Positions 1 to 12,561 of a stretch of 64,000 nt of DNA are shown in pieces. Position 1 is the first letter of the stretch. The number at the start of each line of letters is the position of its first letter. Origin of the DNA: Octopus vulgaris (taxonomy: Eukaryota). The stretch spans positions 30,876,001 to 30,940,000 of the forward strand of contig OX597833.1 in assembly GCA_951406725.2 (NCBI GenBank), written 5' to 3'. The position numbers and the translations under genes were made by a program. The notes under the pieces are model-generated. The model did not search any database. It was given only the letters and a program-made list of their open reading frames with translations, and was not told the DNA's origin.

Positions 1-533
1 TATGAGTAAAGGCAATATATAAAATGAAATGAGATATACAGTAATAGTAAAAGATAAAGAGATATAGTAAAAAATTTCAAATATAATATACAAATAAATC
101 AAACTGACAGTTGTTAGTGAGGACATCATACCTCATTTAATTTATAGCCATAAAGGCAGGTATAAATGAGGCATTAACAGGATACCCCACGGCCTCTTCA
201 GAGAATTAAATTAAATTTGTTATAATAGTGAAAAATATTATATAATCATATACATATAAATATAAAAATATAAAAATGTAAAATATAAAAATTTATATTA
301 TCATAATGCTACACTTATATAATATAATACACATTTGTACAAAAAGGAAGGTAAACAGAACAAAATAAAACAAAATATATAACAGTGTATATATTAATAT
401 TAATAGTACCGATATTACATATTTGGCTAATAGTTTTTTTTATAAAAAGGCTAACACATATGGAGATGAAAAATAATAATTAAATCTGGTACAGTTCATA
501 AAGTTAAAGCTATAAAAGTTAATAAAAATTACT

Positions 534-568
<35 letters not shown>

Positions 569-691
569 TAATAAAATAGATACAGTTAAAGTTAAGCACC
601 AAGTCCATCCTTTCAAGATCGAAATAACTATAGTTATTTCGATCTTGAAAGGATGGACTTGGTGCTAACTTAACTGTATCTATTTTTATTA

Positions 692-743
<52 letters not shown>

Positions 744-1293
744 AGTAATTTTTATTAACTTTTATAGCTTTAGAATTTTATGAACTGTACCACGGATTTA
801 ATTATTATTTTTCATCTCCATATGTGTTAGCCTTTTTTTTATAAAAACTATTAGCCAAATATGTATAATATCGGTACTTATTAATATTAATATATACACT
901 GTTATATATTTTGTTTTATTTTGTTCTGTTTACCTTCCTTTTTGTACAAATGTGTATTATATTATATAAGTGTAGCATTATGATGTATAAGTTTTTATAT
1001 TTTACATTTTTATATTTTTATATTTATATGTATATGATTATATAATATTTTTCACTATTATAACAAATTTAATTTAATTCTCTGAAGAGGCCGTGGGGCA
1101 TCCTTGTTAATGCCTCATTTATACCTGCCTTTATGGCTTATAGGTTAAATGAGGTATGACTGTCCTCACTGCCGAAACAGCTGTCAGTTTTGATTTATTT
1201 GTATATTATATTTGAAATTTTTTACTTATATCTCTTTATCTTTTTACTATTACTGTATATCTCATTTCATTTTATATATTGCCTTTACTCATA
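1..1293. repeat. Spacerless palindrome centred at 630/631, left arm running off the window
   Basis: Centre reads gaaataacta|tagttatttc; the window start tatgagtaaaggcaat is the reverse complement of attgcctttactcata near 1278-1293. The left arm carries many small deletions relative to the right arm. Confidence 0.95.
1079..1188 (+). ncRNA. Hammerhead-ribozyme-like motif with extended stem II
   Basis: CTGAAGA (1082-1088), GGC...GCC closing a long hairpin, then GAAAC-AGCT-GTC. Stem I is weak (about 2 bp). Confidence 0.5.
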
Positions 1294-1384
1294 TGTAATG
1301 GTGTATTAAAGTATGGATTGAGTATCATCGGATAGTTGATGTTTTACTGATTTAAGTATGTTTCTCCATTCTCTAATTTTGTAG

Positions 1385-1390
1385 TATATG

Positions 1391-1428
<38 letters not shown>

Positions 1429-1526
1429 TGTATGTATATATATATGTATATATATATATGTATATATGTATATATATGTATATATGTATATATATGTATA
1501 TATATGTATATATATGTATATATATG

Positions 1527-1557
<31 letters not shown>

Positions 1558-1923
1558 GTTTATATATATATATGTATATATATATATGTTTATATATATA
1601 TATGTATATATATATGTATATATATATATGTTTATATATATATATGTATATATATGTATATATATATATATGTATATATATATATGTATATATATATGTA
1701 TATATATGTATATATATATGTATATATATGTCTATATATATATGCATATAGAAATTCGGGGTGAGTATATATATATGTGTATATATATGTGTATATATAT
1801 ATGTATATATATATATATGTATATATATATGTGTATATATATATGTATATATATATGTGTATATATATATGTATATATATATGTGTATATATATATGTAT
1901 ATATATATATGTATATATATATA
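1385..1923. repeat. (TA)n/(TATG) microsatellite
   Basis: Directly visible. Confidence 0.95.
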
Positions 1924-3083
1924 CTAGTAGTATCGCCCGGCGTTGCTCGGGTTGTAAGGGAAATAACTATATAAGCATTTTTAGAGAGTTATAGCCAAAA
2001 AATAGCAAAAAAATGCATTAAAAATTGAAAAAAAAATTAAGGTAAATTTTTTTTTTAAATCGTTGACACATCGTAGATATTTTTAGAGAGTTACTTCCCT
2101 TATATAAAAGCAAAAAAAATGCATTCAAATGGAAAAATATGATGGTAAATTTTTTTTAAATCGTAGACTCATCGTAGACGCGCGCTAATACCCAGAATCA
2201 CGACTATAAGATACCCGCTTTTGGTTAAACTGCACTGCAAAATGTGGGAGTAGTTACGAATCTAAATCGAAGGGGACAGACACACAACTTCACTCTTATA
2301 TAAAGATGCTTATTTTTTTTCAGTCATAGAGTTAGATTTATGAAGGTCTTCAGTAGAAAATCCTTCGAATTCTGACTCACTGCTTGATATAATGAAATTC
2401 GTATCCATTTTTTGTCAGAATTACAAATTTTAAAAACACAATAGGAACAAATTTCGGAAAAAAATCTCCCATAATTCACGGAATTAAAATTACACTTCGA
2501 TTTTTGTACAAAACTGTATTTGAAGTGTTTATGAAGTATAATACGTGTTTTCACGAATGTACTAAAGAGATTTACTCTGATATTCTCATTTAAATATGAA
2601 TAGGTAAATTCGGTCGGTTTGGTAACGAAAGGGTTTATATAAGTGTCGTCTGTTTATACATAAACACTGTTTCATACTTTCAGTTTAGTCTTGCTCAAAT
2701 CACTCTGTCGCTAATTTACTCTCTTCCAAGAACATTTTCACTCACTGTTATCTGTTAGCTTCCCATACATTTTACTCATGTATCTATCAGCGTGATAGAC
2801 AGAAACAAATATTACATTTACTTTCATTTTATTCGTCGCACACTGTGTGTGTGCGTTTGCGTGTGGTGTAAACCAGACTAAGAAAAGCATTTGACACACA
2901 CACCAGAATGTGAGTTTTCTGTAAATTTTGCTTAATTGGAGTTTAAATTTTAAAAACTGGACCTGGCATGACGCGATACATTGTACTCTCAAAAATGCTA
3001 GGTAAATTGTAATTGAAGAAATCCTATATTGTAGATTTGTATAACTCCCAAAGGGAGGCAGATAAAATCTGCCTTTTATAATA

Positions 3084-3086
<3 letters not shown>
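1924..3086 (-). mobile_element. Non-autonomous composite Helitron
   Basis: Minus-strand 5' TC end (tcttattataaaaggcag) and 3' hairpin cccgagcaacgccggg followed by CTAG, inserted between A and T. A second 5'-type end lies near 2306. A close relative is at 43080-44645. Confidence 0.85.
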
Positions 3087-3118
<32 letters not shown>

Positions 3119-3200
3119 GGTCCCGGGTTGAGTCGGGGTTAACCACAGTAAATAAGGTACTCAATACATAGCAGAGTAAATTAATTTATTATATAGAAGG

Positions 3201-3251
3201 AGCTTCTACAGGACTAGAACTGTTTCATTCAAAAGAAATCATCAGGAAGCT
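3201..3251 (-). ncRNA. Type I hammerhead ribozyme motif
   Basis: Reverse complement reads agcttc-CTGATGA-tttc tttt gaat-GAAAC-ag ttctagtc ct-GTA-gaagct. Stem I 6 bp, stem III 4 bp, U.U mismatch at the base of stem II. Confidence 0.7.
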
Positions 3252-3596
3252 AGTAGACAAGAGTTGTTTTGGCATTTATACATTTAGGCAGGTTTAAATG
3301 GGTGGTGGTGGGGGACTTTTTTGGGGGTAGGCATGGCGCAAAACTGTCATTATTAGGGGAGTGGTCAAAGGAATCGGTGGTAAAGTAGATAAAAGAACAA
3401 ATAAAAGAATTAAAAAATAAATAGAAAAATAGAGTTTTAGGTAAGTAAGGAGACTCTCACTTGTACATCTACATATATATATATATACACATATCTACAC
3501 CCACATATTCACATATATCAATACATATACATACATACCCACATATACACACACACATATATATATATATATACATACATACACATACATATACAC

Positions 3597-6134
3597 AGCA
3601 CGGAGGCCAGTCGATGCGGTACTGGCTACGGTCACGCTCGGATGGTTTTCTTATGTGCCACCAATACTGGTACCACAAGGATACAAATTCCATCGATGTT
3701 CATCTATTTTGATTTGGTTTGATTTGATTTGAATTGATTTGATTTGATTGATTTTCACTTGCCTCAACAGGTCTTCACAAGTGTCACAAGAAGGAAGGTA
3801 TGCACAGGTGGACTGACTACGTCCCAGGTAGGGGCCACGGGTTATGGCTTCACTAGTCTTGCCGGGTCTTCTCACGCACAGCATACTTCCATAGGTCTCG
3901 GTCTATAGTCATTTCCATGGTGAGACCTAACGTTCGAAAGTCGTGCTTCACCACCTCGTCCCAGGTTTTCCTGGGTCTACCTCTTCCACGGGTTCCCTCA
4001 ACTGCTAGGGATTGGCACTTTCTCACATACCTATCTTCATCCATTCTCGCCACATGACCATACCAGCGCAATCGTCTCTCTTGCACACCACAACTGATGC
4101 TTCTTAAGTACAACATTTCTCTCAAGGTACTAACGCTCTGTCGAGTAAGTACACTGACATTACACATCCATCGGAGCATACTGGCTTCATTCCTCACGAG
4201 CTTACGCATGTCCTCAGCAGTCACGGCCCATGTTTCACTGCCATGTAGCATGGCTGTTCATACACATGCATCATACAGTCTGCCTTTTACTCTGAGCGAG
4301 AGGCCTTTAGTCACCAGCAGAGGTAAGAGCTCCCTAAACTTTGCCCAGGCTATTCTTATTCTAGCAGTTACACTTTCAGCGCACCCACCCCCACTACTGA
4401 CTTGGTCACCTAGATAATGGAAGCTATCAACTACTTCTAGTTTTTCCCCCTGGAAAGTGACGGAAGTTGTTTTCTGCAGATTTTCGGAGGTCAATGCTCC
4501 CGAGCATCTGCCACATACAAAAACTATCTTCCCAGTTAGCCTACCTTTGACATTGCTGCACCTCTTATGTGTCCATAGCTTACACTGGGTACATCTTATA
4601 GAGTTTCCACCTACACCTTTTCTACAGATCGAGCAGGGCCATCATCCTGAGGATATTTGTGGATTGTCTACCTTTCTACTTATTAGTACTTTGGTTTTAG
4701 CTAGGTTGACTCTAAGGCCCCTCGATTCTAAACCCTCCTTCCACACCTGGAACTTCTCCTCCAGTTCTGATAGTGACTCAGCAATTAGAGCGAGGTCGTC
4801 AGCATAGAGGAGCTCCCAGGGGCAACCTGTCTTGAATTCCTCCACAATTGCCTGGAGGACTATGATAAATAGGAGGGGGCTGAGTACTGAACCCTGGTGG
4901 ACCCCAACCTCTACTTTGAATTCTTCTGTGTACATGTTGCCAACCCTAACCTTACTTACGGCATCTCTGTACATGGCTTGCACAGCCCTCACCAGCCATT
5001 CATCTATCCCTAGTTTCCTCATTGACCACCAGATGAGGGATCGGGGGACCCTATCAAAGGCTTTCTCCATGTCAACGAAAGCCAGGTACAGGGGCTTATC
5101 TTTGGCTAGGTATTTCTCCTGCAGCTGCCTTACCAGGAATATAGCATCAGTGGTGCTTTTCCCTGGCACGAACCCAAACTGCATCTCATCTAAACTAACT
5201 CTCTCTCTAATTAGTTGGGCTATGACCCTCTCCGTAACCTTCATTACCTGATCCAACAGCTTGATACCTCTGTAATTATTTGTATCTAGGGCATCACCTT
5301 TACCTTTGTAGCAGTTGACTAGTATGCTGCTACACCAGTTATTGGGTATGACTCCTTCGTGTATCACCTGGTTGACTATGCGGGTGACTAGGTTATAGCC
5401 GACACTGCCAGATATTTTGAGCATCTCTGCAGTGATTCCTGATGGGCCTGGGGCTTTCCCTGTCTTCATGCTTCTAATTGCCTTAGCTACCACGGAACTG
5501 TCAACTCGGATAGCTGGTCCCTCTGTTGGGTCAACATTCGGCAGACTCTCTTTATCCCGTTCATTTTCTTTATTCAGCAACCTTTCATAGCGGCATCTCC
5601 AAACCTCTCTCTTTGCATCCTCATTTAGCGCAAGTGAACCATCATCCATGTGAACACACTTCTCTCCTACCACATCACGATTCTCTCTCACACACTGTCT
5701 TGCAACACGAAATACCTCAAGTCTTTCATCCTCACGGCTCAAAACATTGGCAAATTTTTTCTTATCCGCTTCCCCTCTGGCGAAATAAACCTGTCTCCTA
5801 ACTTCCCTTTTGGCTGTCTGATACAATTCCCTGCTACCACCGTTCTTCCAGTCCTTCCAAGCCTGTCTCTTTTGTCTAATAGCCCTGTCAACCACGGTGT
5901 TCCACCACCATGTTACTCTGGGTCGAGATGGTACTTTGCTCCATCCACAGATCTGTTCAGTAGCTGTCAGCAGATTGTCTCGTAGGAATCTCCAGTTGTC
6001 TTCCACATTAAGTGAAGCTATATCCCCTTCTATTTCGTCAAAGGCTTCGAGTAGTATGTCTCTAAATCTCTGTCCATTTGCAGGATCCTTAAGCTTCTTC
6101 TGGCAACCATTTAGCTCTGATCCTGATGTCGCTA
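3597..6134 (-). mobile_element. RTE-clade LINE, 5'-truncated and inactivated
   Basis: RT motifs [29 protein letters not shown] and C-terminal LRWYGHV and RGRPRKTW. Premature TGA codons at about 4642 and 4258. Confidence 0.95.
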
Positions 6135-6135
6135 A

Positions 6136-6184
<49 letters not shown>

Positions 6185-6193
6185 GTATATATA

Positions 6194-6224
<31 letters not shown>

Positions 6225-6225
6225 G

Positions 6226-6284
<59 letters not shown>

Positions 6285-6595
6285 GTATATATATATGTAT
6301 ATATATGTATATATATATATATGTATATATATATGTATATATATATGTATATATATATGTATATATATATGTATATATATATGTATATATATATGTATGT
6401 ATATATATATGTATGTATATATATATGTATGTATATATGTATGTATGTATATATATATGTATATATATATGTATGTATATATATATGTATGTATATATAT
6501 ATGTATGTATATATATATGTATATATATATATATGTGTATATACATATGTATATACACACATCCATATATATATATACATCCATATATATACATG
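6135..6595. repeat. (TA)n-type microsatellite
   Basis: Directly visible. Confidence 0.95.
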
Positions 6596-6690
6596 TAAAT
6601 TTAAAATAATAAGGGTGAAAAATTAAATATTAATTTGATTTATATGAATTGAAAACCAGTGGTGTAGCATATAAGACCATTGCGGATCTT

Positions 6691-7000
6691 CTAGCAAAAT
6701 GGATGTCCACTGTTAATGGTTCATTCCTGTTATATAATAGTTCCACTTTTAAACTGAAAGCATCTGACATTACAATAGAGAGATGTTTTTGTTTCACTTT
6801 TAACACGTAATACTGAAATTGTGGAGAAGATATGATATTGCTGTGGGTTCGCCCTAGGCAAGAAGTTAAAAAAACTTTTTGCCCATGACACTACATCGAC
6901 CCTAAGTAAGGCGTGTGTAAAATGTGAGTGAAATTGGTTGTATAGTTCTCAAGTTTTAGGGATTTACACAGACAGACAGACACACATTCTCAGTTATATA
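6691..7000 (-). mobile_element. Short non-autonomous Helitron of the 52341-54891 family
   Basis: Reverse complement matches 52350-52450 and 53360-53570; CTAG at 6691-6694. Confidence 0.65.
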
Positions 7001-7198
7001 TATATATATATATTAATATGTAAAGTCATTGATACTCATGAGAGATAATAATGTTAGTGGCCACAAGCTTAAAACCATATAAGCAAAATTAATAGATATA
7101 TATAGGAGTCAAATATACTTTTTGTGGCTTCAGAGTATTTTTGACTCCTATCTTTAGCAAAGCTAGTGCTTCACAGTGCCCTTGTCTTTGCACGGATT

Positions 7199-7249
7199 TT
7201 TGTCAGTGAACAGGTCACGGTCTTAAAGCGACGAAAATATTTTGACAAA
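7199..7249 (+). ncRNA. Minimal hammerhead-like motif with G3:C8 core, in a Penelope-pLTR-like repeat (about 7190-7385)
   Basis: tttgtca-GTGAACA-g-gtcac..gcgac-GAAA-atat-TT-tgacaaa; 7 bp stem I. Confidence 0.55.
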
Positions 7250-7380
7250 TTAAACTTAAATGTTGAAGTGAATCGAACGGCTTTTGTGTGTTTCTTAAAT
7301 GGCTTACAAACACCTTCCACACTGCAATTGTTTTTTTTCAGCACACGATCTCAGATCAAATCACTTGCTATGCAGGAACA

Positions 7381-7417
<37 letters not shown>

Positions 7418-8743
7418 CACACACACACACATAATAAGTGTGTATATACACACACACACACACACATACACATATATATGCATATATATATATATATCAT
7501 ATATATATCATATTATTTATCATCGTTGGGTAAACATATATCATTAAGATAGTTAGGGACAAGAAGAATAAAGATCAGATGATTGATACCATAGGAAATA
7601 GCTAATACTTTAGATATTGGTCAGATAGAGTTTCAAGACTATAGGCACAGGGACAAATTAGTGAAGTTTTATAGTAATACAGAGAAACAAAACATAATCA
7701 ATAACTTTCTATATCTCATTTTATATGAAATAAGTTAGTTAAATTTTTAAAAGATTGGTGTGAACAATGGATCAATAATTTTTGTTTATTAATAAGTTCC
7801 AGACATACACTTTAGATTTCTAGTGCCTCCATGCAACACAAAGTAAAACTTTATAAGGAAGTGTGGTATGTATAATCAACCACATAATAGAGTAATTAAT
7901 ATTTCTGTTAAGTGTCCAAATGAATTTTGCAAATGATGTATTATGTAATTTGTGTTTGTTATGTGATTATTCCTTCTGGATTTGAATTTTGACACTGCTG
8001 TACTAATATAATAGTATACTTTATCAGGTGTTTGAATGGAATAGTTATGTGCTAAGTTTGCTCTGAGATGCTAGTTATTAAATGGGCTCTTATATTGGTT
8101 GTTACACTTACATATACTTTTATGTTTATTAACTAGTATCTTATTAATTGTATTATTAGTAAAATTATTTTTAAGAGAAAACACTGAATCAGTAGTAATA
8201 TTTATGTCAGACCAAGATGTATTGTTAACAAAGGAGCTGAAGTCAGACCTACCACTTGAATAATTAGAATCAACAGTGGATCCATCATACATAAAATGGA
8301 TATCCATACAGTCTCCATTGCTCAAATTCCACACATTGTTTTTTCATGATTCTTGTAGGAATGCTGAAATGTTGCAATATCAAAGTTAACCCAGTGAACT
8401 TTTGACAAAAAGTACTTTTTAATACTTTTTTATATGTTAACCAGAAGAGGTAAAGCAATGCCTCTAGCCTTTCAGGCCTCTCCCAGATTTGTGAGATTGA
8501 TATGACTGAAATCTGTGGGTCAGTTTCAGCAAGAAACATTTTAGAGAAAGAAATATGTCTTCTTTTTTGCATCTTTCTCATTCTCGCATTTTGCTCATCC
8601 TCCTTCTTTCTGTCTCTCCACCATTTTCTTCCCTCATACTGTAAATAAAATTCTAGTCTCTTCTCATTATCAAACTCACACATATCTTGCAAATCCACTT
8701 TTTGATTAATTTTATTGTTATGTTATGTTGTGTTGCATTGCAG

Positions 8744-8818
8744 GGCATTGAACTGGTGTTGGAGTTGATTGACTATTATTCCTTAAGAGTGGTACAGGCC
8801 TATATGAAACACATTCAG
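8744..8818 (+). CDS. OPLAH: 5-oxoprolinase exon (GIELVLELIDYYSLRVVQAYMKHIQ)
   Basis: cag|...|gtaag boundaries; matches the OPLAH segment GIQLVGELIxxYGLxVVQAYMxHIQ; phase 0 join to the exon at 36727. Confidence 0.92.
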
Positions 8819-8964
8819 GTAAGAGTATTTTTTTTTATCTGTACTGTTTTCTGTTGACTTCTCAGTGTACAAAAAGTAGTCAGGACCATCTCCTTGTAAA
8901 CTTGTTATCTATCCCTATTACAGATTAACTTATGATTTTAAAAATTCTTGTGCATGTAACGTCA

Positions 8965-9410
8965 TCATTCTCCCTCATTATTTAATGTCTGTCATGCTTG
9001 CATGGATCAAGTGGAATTTTTGGAGGCAGAATTTCTATGGTAGAATTACCCCTCTTGTTGGCAACCCTCAACTGTTTCCAAGCAGAGTAATATTTCCCCA
9101 TGCCCAGACAAATTTTTCATGGAAGACTGGAAGCAAACAACTTCACTTGTATAACGAAGATGCTCATTTACAACCATCATGTGATGTCTAGACAAGGGCA
9201 TATACAAACACACACATACACACATGCATGCATACATACATGTATGTATGTATGTATACATGCAACAGACTTCCATTTACTTCTACGAAATCCAATCACT
9301 GGGCTTTGTTTAGCCCAGGGCTTCAGTAGAAGAGGCTTACTCAAGGTGCAACACAGTGGGACTGAGCTCAAGACCACTTAGTTTAGAAGCAAACTTCTTG
9401 ACCATACTTA
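8965..9410 (-). mobile_element. Degenerate tRNA-headed SINE with RTE-like tail
   Basis: Reverse-complement similarity to 48540-48975 and 35618-35872. Confidence 0.6.
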
Positions 9411-9602
9411 TGTGTGTGTGTGTGTGTGTGTTGATGTTTGTGTGCATCTGATATATTAAAAAGAACATTAAATGTGTAGTCCTTTGGAAGTTATGCTTTG
9501 AATATTGAATCAAACAATCTTGTTACTACAATGGAATTGATTCTCCTTGAGCATTTAATGTGCATTTGTGTATGTACAAATCACTCAGTTTCATATATAT
9601 AT

Positions 9603-10961
9603 CATCATCATCATCATCATCATCGTTTAACGTCCGTTTTCCGCGCTAGCACGGGTTGGACGGTTCGACCGGGGTCTGGGAAGCCAGGGGCCGCTCCAGG
9701 CTCCAGTCTGATTCTGGCAGAGTTTCTACGGCTGGATGCCCTTCCTAACGCCAACCACTCCGTGAGTGGATTGGGTGCTTTTTACGTGCCACCTGCACAG
9801 GGGCCGGGGGTCCGGCATCGGTCACGATCGGTTCGAGCTTTTAACGTGCCAGGGACACGGGGGCAACGGGATGCGGGGTAGAGTTGAGTTGGGGGGGGTC
9901 CAGCTGAGAAAGGTTTCACCAGTGAAAAGAGAGGGAGAGATAGTAAAGGGGTGCAGGTAATATAGGGGAGCACCAGTGGGGAAGGTTGGGGGAGGAGGAA
10001 CGATGGCAGGAAGGGTTGGTGAAGGTTCGTAAGAAATATAAACGTAGGATGTGTATATATATATATGGGTAGGTGTGGGGAAGGTTGGGTGGGTAAGGAG
10101 GAACGATGGCAGGAAGGGTTGGTGCAGGTTCGTAAGAAATAAAAACGTAGGATATTACGAGGCATGGAGGGGACTGGAAGGAGATAGTAGGATTGAGGCA
10201 GTGTCAGATTCAAAACAGGAGGAAGCGTAAGATCAGAGGGCGGTTGATGAGCTGAGACGCTAGCAGCTTGTCTTTTCTCAGTGAAAGCATATGAGGAGAA
10301 GGGGTAGGAAGGGGTGGTGGGGGAGGAGGAGGGAGTATCCGGTGTAGATGGTGAGAACAGTGTTCACCGGTATTGGTGGTATTGGCGGTGGGGGGGGGGT
10401 ATTGGTGGGGGGTGGGTATTGGTGGTGGGGGGGGGGTATTGGTGGGGGGGGTGGTGGTATTGGTGGTGGGGGTGGTATTGGTGGTGGGGGTGGTATTGGT
10501 GGTGGGGGTGGGAGGGCGGGCGCACCGCGCAATGGGAGAAGATGAGATTTTTAGGCGGCAGAAAGAAAGACAGGATTTGAGATGGAATGCTTTGCGATCG
10601 TGTGCATAAGTTTCTATGAGTGGAAGTTGGGAAAAGATGGGTTAGAGAATTTAGCGACAGAAAGAAAGACCAAATTTGAGACGAGATGTTTTTGCGAAGT
10701 TTTTGTGAATGAAAGTTTATATGCTTCAGCTAGCATTTGAGACGAAAGACAACGATAACGCCAATATATGGGGAAACAATAATAATAAGAAGGCTTGATG
10801 GTGATGATGATACTTGCAAAAACAATGAAAAGAAGGAACAGGACTTAGCTGATATTTTTCATCCTGCGTATTGGCTAAGCCTGTGGAAGCGAGTGAAGGC
10901 GAGATATATATACAGAGAGAGAGAGAGACAGTGATAACAGAGGGAGAAACCGACACCACAT

Positions 10962-11012
<51 letters not shown>

Positions 11013-11488
11013 GAGATAACAGAGGGACAAAACGACACCGCGCAATGGGAGAAGATGAGATTTTTAGGCGGCAGAAAGAAAGACAGGATTTGAGATGGAA
11101 TGCTTTGCGATCGTGTGCATAAGTTTCTATGAGTGGAAGTTGGGAAAAGATGGGTTAGAGAATTTAGCGACAGAAAGAAAGACCAAATTTGAGACGAGAT
11201 GTTTTTGCGAAGTTTTTGTGAATGAAAGTTTATATGCTTCAGCTAGCATTTGAGACGAAAGACAACGATAACGCCAATATATGGGGAAACAATAATAATA
11301 AGAAGGCTTGATGGTGATGATGATACTTGCAAAAACAATGAAAAGAAGGAACAGGACTTAGCTGATATTTTTCATCCTGCGTATTGGCTAAGCCTGTGGA
11401 AGCGAGTGAAGGCGAGATATATATACAGAGAGAGAGAGAGACAGTGATAACAGAGGGAGAAACCGACACCACATAGCGAGAGAGAGAG

Positions 11489-11535
<47 letters not shown>

Positions 11536-12011
11536 GTGATAACAGAGGGACAAAACGACACCGCGCAATGGGAGAAGATGAGATTTTTAGGCGGCAGAAA
11601 GAAAGACAGGATTTGAGATGGAATGCTTTGCGATCGTGTGCATAAGTTTCTATGAGTGGAAGTTGGGAAAAGATGGGTTAGAGAATTTAGCGACAGAAAG
11701 AAAGACCAAATTTGAGACGAGATGTTTTTGCGAAGTTTTTGTGAATGAAAGTTTATATGCTTCAGCTAGCATTTGAGACGAAAGACAACGATAACGCCAA
11801 TATATGGGGAAACAATAATAATAAGAAGGCTTGATGGTGATGATGATACTTGCAAAAACAATGAAAAGAAGGAACAGGACTTAGCTGATATTTTTCATCC
11901 TGCGTATTGGCTAAGCCTGTGGAAGCGAGTGAAGGCGAGATATATATACAGAGAGAGAGAGAGACAGTGATAACAGAGGGAGAAACCGACACCACATAGC
12001 GAGAGAGAGAG

Positions 12012-12052
<41 letters not shown>

Positions 12053-12514
12053 GTGATAACAGAGGGACAAAACGACACCGCGCAATGGGAGAAGATGAGA
12101 TTTTTAGGCGGCAGAAAGAAAGACAGGATTTGAGATGGAATGCTTTGCGATCGTGTGCATAAGTTTCTATGAGTGGAAGTTGGGAAAAGATGGGTTAGAG
12201 AATTTAGCGACAGAAAGAAAGACCAAATTTGAGACGAGATGTTTTTGCGAAGTTTTTGTGAATGAAAGTTTATATGCTTCAGCTAGCATTTGAGACGAAA
12301 GACAACGATAACGCCAATATATGGGGAAACAATAATAATAAGAAGGCTTGATGGTGATGATGATACTTGCAAAAACAATGAAAAGAAGGAACAGGACTTA
12401 GCTGATATTTTTCATCCTGCGTATTGGCTAAGCCTGTGGAAGCGAGTGAAGGCGAGATATATATACAGAGAGAGAGAGAGACAGTGATAACAGAGGGAGA
12501 AACCGACACCACAT

Positions 12515-12561
<47 letters not shown>

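Noticed and set aside
1373-1994. Long YI/IY-rich ORFs (also near 6100, 18400 and 20400)
   Set aside because: Stop-free translations of (TA)n microsatellites.
4642-6594. 650 aa ORF as a novel fusion protein
   Set aside because: The N-terminal ~150 aa is microsatellite read in frame into a truncated RTE that has premature stops.
8285-8698. 137 aa antisense ORF near an OPLAH exon
   Set aside because: No recognisable motif or splice support.
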